IMG/VR virus record: IMGVR_UViG_3300037307_000160
Location: 1 to 41,723 of that record
DNA from: a virus
Taxonomy: Duplodnaviria; Caudoviricetes
Direction: 5' to 3' (one strand)
Length of the DNA stretch: 41,723 nucleotides
Shown here: in pieces, positions 35,955 to 41,723 of the stretch
Numbering within the stretch: the first letter of the stretch is position 1
How the letters are laid out: each line of letters opens with the position of its first letter
The notes under the pieces: generated by a model
Databases searched by the model: none
Seen by the model: only the letters and a program-made list of their open reading frames with translations
What the model was told of the DNA's origin: nothing
Made by a program: the position numbers and the translations under genes

Positions 35955-36677
35955 CGCAGAAACAGAGTGATACTGTCTGCACCACTATTATACTATTGAC
36001 AGGGTACGGAGTGGTGGGTGTAGATTACCTTTAATGAAACCACAGTTATTTCCAACTGTAATTGGTGTGAATATCTCCCGCAGCTAGCCTGCGGTTTTTG
36101 CTGTACCTTACTACCAGACAGAAGAAGCCATCCCTTAATTGGTGTTGGAAATGCAAAGACGGGGTGCAGTTGCAGCCGTTTAGATAGATTAAGGATAGGC
36201 ACTAAGCGCCTGCAAACAGGGGAGAGTAAGACTCCCAAGAGGTCAGCAAGCCCACACTCCGTTACACTTCGTTAATCTTCGTTACTATTCCATTTGGTTA
36301 TCATCAGCAACATGACCCTGACAGCATTCAGGGAGAGGGGGGGGACATATTGTATTGTTCCCACGCTCTCGTCCCTACCAGGCTACGCCTGAAGCATAAT
36401 ACGCTCATATATTTTTTCAGTTCCGCTGTGTAGGTACTCCCCTGTATCAGGGACGATACCCTTCACATACCGCTGGAAAAGTATGCGCTGACTGTACAAA
36501 AATTACCTAGGGAGAGGAACAAGTACCCAGGGGCGCATGACTCCCCGTTAGCTTGCCTGGTACAGGCTTGCACCAGGGGTACGCATGACGCATACCGTAT
36601 ATTGTACGTCCATAAACACTATGCCTAGTGGTTCTGGGATAGCATAGGCGCTAAGTATAGCGCTAGCTAGTGCAGTT

Positions 36678-36805
36678 CCCCCTACCCCGTCCCCGTCTCT
36701 GTTATGTGTCTATACAGTCACCCCGCTACCCCGTTACTCCCCGTTATGTGTTACCCCGTCCCCGTCCCCCTACCCTGTTACCGCTACCCTATGGCGTTAC
36801 CCCGT
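36678..36805. repeat. Cluster of about 8 (TA)CCCCG(T) units
   Basis: Seen directly; the minus strand has many GGGG runs. Confidence 0.85.
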
Positions 36806-36883
36806 AAACTAGCGCTTAACTAAGCGCCTACAATATAGCTACTATGGCGCTACCAGCGCCATGCTTGGCGCTTGGTGGTGGTT

Positions 36884-37312
36884 CTAATCATCTGGTTCTG
36901 GTGGTGGTGGGATAGCTTCAGGCGGTAGCGCTATAACTAGCTTACGATTATCTATAACAGTCTGGTTGCCTTGTAAGTAGCCTTTAAGCTTTAACCCCGT
37001 CTCTAAGTACTTATGCCTAGCCTTGTAATCTGGTACAGGGACAGCGCTCGCCTCTGGTTCTAACTGCTGGTACTTATCACTTGCTAGCCCCTCACTAAGT
37101 ACCGTTACCAGCCTGTCATTTGTTACCCCATGTGCGTCTAACACGTCCCCCAAGTCTAACCGCCTAGCTAGTTTACTGCCTAAAATGCTTGCCTGTACTT
37201 TACTGATTGTAGGGTCTAGCTGCTGGGCTGCTGCGGTAGCGTTACCGCCACTAGCAATATAGTGTCTAGCAAACACTCTAAGCTTACTAGCATTGTACTT
37301 AATAGCGGACAT
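36884..37312 (-). CDS. terS: Terminase small subunit
   Basis: F..HY...GNATAAA HTH and PDYKARHKYLETGLKLKG; upstream of terL. Confidence 0.75.
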   Translation of the reverse strand: MSAIKYNASKLRVFARHYIASGGNATAAAQQLDPTISKVQASILGSKLARRLDLGDVLDAHGVTNDRLVTVLSEGLASDKYQQLEPEASAVPVPDYKARHKYLETGLKLKGYLQGNQTVIDNRKLVIALPPEAIPPPPEPDD

Positions 37313-37321
37313 AATAACGTG

Positions 37322-37385
37322 ATTATACCAGAGGCGGAGCGCCTAGCTTGTATGCTTGACTATGACGTGTGTGTCATGATACAAT
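37322..37385. promoter_or_regulatory. Divergent promoters for terS (minus) and the amidoligase operon (plus)
   Basis: Minus: TGGTATAAT at 37322-37330. Plus: TTGACT-18 nt-TACAAT at 37356-37385 with an ATGAC/GTCAT palindrome in the spacer. Confidence 0.7.
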
Positions 37386-37409
37386 CCCCTTACTTAACAA
37401 GCAAACCAG

Positions 37410-37592
37410 AGAGCTACCAGGCTAGGAATTGAGCTAGCGCTATCCTGTCCCCCTTATAGCGCTTGTGCTACCCCTGGTAGAGTAAACCCAGAATACTAAA
37501 ACCTACTCCCGCTCTATGCTAGGCGCTTTAACCAGGCGCTTAACATGGAGCGGGAGAGCGCCACCGCTCTAATCATAATAGAGTAGGCGCTA
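37410..37592 (+). ncRNA. Highly structured 5' leader or candidate ncRNA
   Basis: Three consecutive hairpins, including a 23-bp stem at 37506-37556 with three G-U pairs and one mismatch. Confidence 0.45.
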
Positions 37593-37604
37593 GAATGGAG
37601 TACT

Positions 37605-38534
37605 ATGCCTAAAGCTTACCGCTACGGTATAGAGATTGAATGCAGTATAGCGGAACAAACCGCTAACGTTACGGACAGCGCTATGCGCTCTATAAGATAC
37701 GGGACGCATAGCCCCGTATACGTATCAAGTGACGGGAGCGTGTCTAGCCCTAATGACTGCGTAGGGAGAGAGTATAAGATAGGCGTGTGCAGTATGCGGG
37801 AGCTAGAGCGGATTTTACCCTCTATCCAACGCATACTAGAGCAAGGGGATTGTAGCGTAAACACGTCTTGCGGGTTGCACGTTCACGTCTCAAACCGCCA
37901 TTTTACTAGCAAAAAGTACCTCAAACGTATAATCCACGCATGGCTAGCGGTTGAGGACGTATTCATGCGGACGCAACCCCGCTCTAGGCAAGCTAACCGC
38001 TACGCTATGCGGTTCTTACGGTCTTATTTTAACAACCGCCTTGACGATTTACCTCAGGGCAAGTCTAAGATTATCAGCAAGTTAAGCAATACTGACCGCT
38101 ACTATGCGCTTAACTTGGCAAGCTTGGGGGAGCATGGGACGATTGAATGCCGATTGCATAGCGGGAGCTATAACGCTACTAAAATACTAAACTGGGTTAG
38201 ATTGCTAACCTCGTTCTATGAGTATTGTATAGAGCGCTATAACCCCGAAGCTATCAACGCTCTAATCAAGCTTGACGCTACCGACCTAGTAAAATGCAAG
38301 GCGGTCTTAAATGATATGTTACGCTTACCGCCTAAGCTTGCTAGCTACTATCTTGCCCGAATAAACCAGTTTAGCTATGCTAGACTAGCCGACCAGCAGA
38401 AGGCGCTTAACCAGGCGCTAGAGCTAAAACCAGAGCTAGATAAGCACGTTAAACGGGTAGCTATTGCTAGACAACGCATGGAGACGGTAGAAAACGCATG
38501 GCGGGATTGTATCCGAGTTATGGGAGCTAACTAG
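37605..38534 (+). CDS. Putative amidoligase (COOH-NH2 ligase, Amidoligase_2 family)
   Basis: YGIEIE, SDGSV, GREY, NTSCGLHVHV, RYYALNL and GTIECRLHSGS motifs. Confidence 0.9.
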   Translation: MPKAYRYGIEIECSIAEQTANVTDSAMRSIRYGTHSPVYVSSDGSVSSPNDCVGREYKIGVCSMRELERILPSIQRILEQGDCSVNTSCGLHVHVSNRHFTSKKYLKRIIHAWLAVEDVFMRTQPRSRQANRYAMRFLRSYFNNRLDDLPQGKSKIISKLSNTDRYYALNLASLGEHGTIECRLHSGSYNATKILNWVRLLTSFYEYCIERYNPEAINALIKLDATDLVKCKAVLNDMLRLPPKLASYYLARINQFSYARLADQQKALNQALELKPELDKHVKRVAIARQRMETVENAWRDCIRVMGAN

Positions 38535-38633
38535 CTAACCACTAGTACCCTGATTATAGGGGTAAACAAAGCTAAAGTTTACCCCTAGCACCAGGGTTAT
38601 ATTATTATTTTACCCTGGAGATGGGAGTAGGTT

Positions 38634-39584
38634 ATGTGCGGGATTTACGGATTTACTGGTAAACCTACCAGCAAAACGGCTAGAGCGCTAGCTATGCTAG
38701 CGGTCTTGAATGAGAGTAGGGGGACTGATAGCGCTGGTATGGCGTTTATCAGTCAAGCTAACTTTAAGCTTGTTAAAGCTAAAGGGACTAGCTCTAAGCT
38801 ATTGCTGCACGCTAACCCCTTACGTAATCTATGGCTAGGCGGGTCTAACCCCGTAACAGTCATAGGCCATACTAGACAAGCTACTCATGGAGCGGTTACG
38901 GACGAAAACGCCCATCCCTTCACGCATGACACGCTAGTCTATGCGCATAACGGGATTATAGACAATTTTACCGAGTTACAAGCTAAGCTTGGGACTAAGT
39001 ACAAAGTAGACTCCCAAATCATAGGGGAGCTGCTAGCCCGCTATGGCGCTAACAAGGCGCTAAGTGACAAGCTAGGCGGAAGCTACGCTATCCCCTGGGT
39101 AGACACTAGCAAACCAGAGCTACTAAACCTAGCCCGCTACGTGTCACCCCTAAGCTTTACGGTTAGACCTGACCGCCTACAATTCTATTTTAGTAGTGAG
39201 GCCGACCACCTCAAGCTAGCGTTACAATATGCGGGGTATAACTTACCCATCAATTCTACCGCTAGCGGACGTGTCTATAGCTTTACTTGGGATAGCAACC
39301 GTATTATATGGAACAAATCGGATTTTACGCCTAAAGTTAGAGCGTATACCTATAGCTACCCCACCACCACCTATGCCTATGATGGGTATAGCACGGGCAA
39401 ATGGAATTGGAATAGGCCAATAGGCGACTATAAACGGACGGTTAGCAAGGATGGGTTAGTTTACCTAACCCCTAAAGCTACCAAAGCTAGCAAGCCTAAA
39501 GCTAAAGCTACTAAAGCTAAAACCAAAGCTAAAGCTTGCAAGCTTACCGACTCCCAAATGGTAAACGCCATAATGGGAGTATAG
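38634..39584 (+). CDS. Class II (Ntn) glutamine amidotransferase
   Basis: MCGIYG (Cys2), SRGTDSAG, IGHTRQATHG, NAHPF, HNGIIDN and VDSQ motifs. Confidence 0.92.
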   Translation: MCGIYGFTGKPTSKTARALAMLAVLNESRGTDSAGMAFISQANFKLVKAKGTSSKLLLHANPLRNLWLGGSNPVTVIGHTRQATHGAVTDENAHPFTHDTLVYAHNGIIDNFTELQAKLGTKYKVDSQIIGELLARYGANKALSDKLGGSYAIPWVDTSKPELLNLARYVSPLSFTVRPDRLQFYFSSEADHLKLALQYAGYNLPINSTASGRVYSFTWDSNRIIWNKSDFTPKVRAYTYSYPTTTYAYDGYSTGKWNWNRPIGDYKRTVSKDGLVYLTPKATKASKPKAKATKAKTKAKACKLTDSQMVNAIMGV

Positions 39585-39710
39585 CTAACATAGAGCGGGA
39601 GCAAGTCTAGCCAACCGCTAACGGACGCTAGACAAGCTACGGGACGGGACGGGACAGCCCCGAACCGCAGCCACCTTCTCCCCCTTTTAGAAAAGGGAGC
39701 GGGAAATGTT

Positions 39711-39804
39711 CCATTTAAGGCATTTTGAGTTGACTTTCCGCCATTCAAGCCGTTTTGAGTTGTGATTTTGAAAACTTCCCATTTAAGGCATTTTGAGTTG
39801 ACTT
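39711..39804. repeat. Three direct repeats of about 26 bp
   Basis: CCATTTAAGGCATTTTGAGTTGACTT at 39711 and 39779 (identical); degenerate copy at 39741. Confidence 0.9.
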
Positions 39805-39891
39805 CTACATTTATCAATTAACCATCTTTTATAGGTGGAATAGTCTATCAACCCCTGGTTTCTTCTAGGGTGTAGGGACTAGAAAGGTACT

Positions 39892-40089
39892 ATGAGTAAA
39901 ACTGTCCACCAAGTTAAGTGCAAGTGCGGTCAGAAGTTACCACTTCTGGACGATTACTTGTACTATCTCAAAGAATATCTCAAGCTCAATCCAAGAGCAG
40001 AGGTAGTTTGCCCTCACTGTGCTTTGCCTCTCAATGTGAAGCATGTGCGCTGTGAACGGGCAATTAAAACAAGGCTCTCTTTAAGCTAA
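39892..40089 (+). CDS. Small zinc-ribbon protein
   Basis: CKCG...CPHC; GAAAGG RBS. Confidence 0.65.
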   Translation: MSKTVHQVKCKCGQKLPLLDDYLYYLKEYLKLNPRAEVVCPHCALPLNVKHVRCERAIKTRLSLS

Positions 40090-40097
40090 GTTTGACT

Positions 40098-40132
40098 AAA
40101 CCGTCCTGGGGTCGTCCTAGGACGGTTTTTTT
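40098..40132 (+). terminator. Rho-independent terminator
   Basis: AAACCGTCCTGGG/CCTAGGACGGTTT followed by a T-tract. Confidence 0.8.
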
Positions 40133-40143
40133 ATGGCTAAACC

Positions 40144-40172
40144 TTGACTACACGGGCATGGTGTGTTATTGT
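40144..40172 (+). promoter_or_regulatory. sigma70-type promoter, leaderless transcript
   Basis: TTGACT-17 nt-TATTGT, with the ATG 6 nt downstream. Confidence 0.65.
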
Positions 40173-40178
40173 GTCGCT

Positions 40179-40451
40179 ATGACTGTTGATTTGAAAGCTA
40201 AAACCATTGATAAAGATAGGGCAGCAGGCCGTATCAGGCAAAATATCTACCTTTATGAAGCCCAATGGGACTTCCTGCGCCATTACGCCCATTTACACTA
40301 CGCTTCTATGAGTGAAGTCTTGAGAGCTTTGATTGACGGCTTGGCACGGGAAGATTTTGATGTTGAATTGGATAAGAAATTGAGGCGGATGAACCGCCAC
40401 CCCCAAGAAGAAAAACAAATCCTGCCGACTAATTCTATTTTAATGAGGTAA
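40179..40451 (+). CDS. Ribbon-helix-helix transcriptional regulator
   Basis: RQNIYL..AQWDFLRHYA....SMSEVLRALID; start MTVDLK at 40179. Confidence 0.75.
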   Translation: MTVDLKAKTIDKDRAAGRIRQNIYLYEAQWDFLRHYAHLHYASMSEVLRALIDGLAREDFDVELDKKLRRMNRHPQEEKQILPTNSILMR

Positions 40452-40453
40452 AT

Positions 40454-40894
40454 ATGCCGACTAATGACCTGGCTACGCTTAAAACCCTGTCTGTAGACGC
40501 TAAAATTAAGACCTTTATCCAGCTTAAAGACAAACGAGCTAAGGTGGCTAAGCTGAAAGCCGATTTAGACGCTATGTATGACCAGTTGAGAGCCGATTTA
40601 CTCTCCTCAATGAATGAGAATGACGTTCTGACCCTTAAAACCAAAGAATATACCATCAGTAAAACCACCCGCAGGGTCGTTTCCATCACTAATCAGACTG
40701 AGCTTCTGGAATACTTCCATTCTAGGGGTTTAGAGTTACCCGTGAAGCTGGACTATTGGGGAGCTTTGCCCCAAATCAACGCCCACCTAAAAGAGAACCC
40801 CGTCCCTGGAGTTGAAGAAAAGTCGGCTGAATATGTAGCCGTTAAACTGAACCAACCCAAAGCTATTTCTTCCAGCGATAAGACACAGGATTAG
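40454..40894 (+). CDS. Coiled-coil phage protein (Gam/gp157-like)
   Basis: N-terminal coiled coil and C-terminal VPGVE motif; GAGG RBS. Confidence 0.55.
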   Translation: MPTNDLATLKTLSVDAKIKTFIQLKDKRAKVAKLKADLDAMYDQLRADLLSSMNENDVLTLKTKEYTISKTTRRVVSITNQTELLEYFHSRGLELPVKLDYWGALPQINAHLKENPVPGVEEKSAEYVAVKLNQPKAISSSDKTQD

Positions 40895-41315
40895 TTAGTT
40901 TGATATGGTCTGAATTAGTAATTGTTTTAAGATTAAACGGGTCGTTATTGTTTTTATCTCCGTCTTTGTGATGAGTAGCATACCCCTCAGGAGTTTCATT
41001 TACTAATCGGTGTACAAGATATTTGTCATTTCCCTTTTGAAAATAAACATATCCGTTAAAGCCCACCCAATAACAACCTAGATAATCATAACTACATTGG
41101 CATTTTTTTGAACAGAATACTCCCCGTCCCTTACTACGATAGTAACGGTAACTTTTACCACACGTTTTACAAACTCCGACCAAACGATTATCTCTCCTAA
41201 CTTGAGGATTGTGTCCGCTTTTATATTTTCGTTCCCTGTTTCTATCATCAAACCGCTCAAACCTAGCCCCGCAACCACATCCACAGCTAATTATTTCTTT
41301 TTTCCTGGCTTCCAT
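40863..41315 (-). CDS. HNH endonuclease with zinc-binding N-terminus
   Basis: CGCGCG, CKTC...FCSKKC, VHRLV, HHKDGDKNNNDPFNL...H. Confidence 0.85.
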   Translation of the reverse strand: MEARKKEIISCGCGCGARFERFDDRNRERKYKSGHNPQVRRDNRLVGVCKTCGKSYRYYRSKGRGVFCSKKCQCSYDYLGCYWVGFNGYVYFQKGNDKYLVHRLVNETPEGYATHHKDGDKNNNDPFNLKTITNSDHIKLTNPVSYRWKK

Positions 41316-41422
41316 CCTGTTTTACGAGCCATTGTACCATATACAAAAGCACCAGTTCTTTTCTTGCCATATCCCCTTTTTCGTGCTTCTCTTTTAAGTG
41401 TTTGTTCCATAGCTTTCGGCAT
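41291..41422 (-). CDS. 43-aa basic peptide (not in ORF track)
   Basis: MPKAMEQTLKREARKRGYGKKRTGAFVYGTMARKTGWKPGKKK. Confidence 0.6.
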   Translation of the reverse strand: MPKAMEQTLKREARKRGYGKKRTGAFVYGTMARKTGWKPGKKK

Positions 41423-41427
41423 TTAAC

Positions 41428-41723
41428 TCACCACCTCTCCATAATAGCTGTAACCACATTGGTTGTAACAGCGTTCCCCATCATTTTATACCTTTGCGTA
41501 TCACTCATTAGCTCCCCTTCAACGCCATACTTTGTCCAATCATCAGGAAATCCCTGCAATCTTTCGCATTCTAATGGGGTCAAACGCCTAATTTTGCCTG
41601 CCAAATTGACTCCTGCCGTATTGGAAGCGTCCACTGTAAAAGCGTAGTCACCCTCTATTTTCCTCTGGTTTCTGGTTAAGAACCGAAGCGGTTGCCTTAA
41701 AATAGTCTGAGGTATCGCTCGTC
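41428..41723 (-). CDS. dcm: C5 DNA methyltransferase, 3' part
   Basis: RRLTPLECERLQGFPDDW (motif IX) and YKMMGNAV (motif X); in frame with 1-798 across the overlap. Confidence 0.92.
   Translation of the reverse strand, partial: RAIPQTILRQPLRFLTRNQRKIEGDYAFTVDASNTAGVNLAGKIRRLTPLECERLQGFPDDWTKYGVEGELMSDTQRYKMMGNAVTTNVVTAIMERW
41554..41723. repeat. Terminal direct repeat, copy 2
   Basis: Matches 1-170 with two mismatches. Confidence 0.95.

Noticed and set aside
35993-36238. 81-aa minus-strand ORF
   Set aside because: Non-ATG start, no recognisable motif, and it overlaps hairpin and promoter-like features
36600-39660. TAG stop-codon recoding suggested by TAG abundance
   Set aside because: Island genes are full length in code 11 and end at TAG; the TAGs are out of frame
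39711-39804. Mini CRISPR array
   Set aside because: The apparent spacer is itself a degenerate repeat copy, the repeat is not palindromic, and there are no cas genes
41554-41723. Physical terminal repeat of the virion DNA
   Set aside because: It interrupts the methyltransferase gene, so an assembly overlap is more likely
40863-41723. HNH plus dcm as a restriction-modification pair
   Set aside because: The HNH has the layout of free-standing phage homing-type nucleases; adjacency alone is insufficient

Overview
The window looks like an essentially complete, circularly closed dsDNA tailed-phage genome with a unit length of about 41,553 bp. Positions 1-170 repeat at 41554-41723 with two synonymous mismatches. 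The gene set is podovirus-like and uses genetic code 11. The minus strand carries terminase small and large subunits, portal, scaffold, major capsid, many small virion or decoration genes, three tail-fibre-type genes, adaptor and nozzle, ejection proteins, an amidase endolysin and a holin. It continues into a small-gene early/middle region: SSB-like, ParB-like, nuclease, DUF4326, a PT-repeat/FN3 membrane protein, a C5 DNA methyltransferase split across the window ends with an overlapping second-frame ORF, and an HNH nuclease. A plus-strand, compositionally distinct (CTAG/GCTA/TAGC-rich) island near 36.6-39.7 kb encodes an amidoligase and a class II glutamine amidotransferase, surrounded by long hairpins and repeats. 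I recognised no DNA polymerase, primase, helicase, integrase, tRNA or CRISPR array. The most notable unexplained signals are two. First, five conserved promoter + box + hairpin/U-tract leaders precede structural-gene blocks and resemble a distributed antitermination switch. Second, the structured amidoligase-GATase island may be the first-injected DNA. All product calls come from motif recognition by eye; no searches were run. A CPR/Microgenomates host is an inference only.
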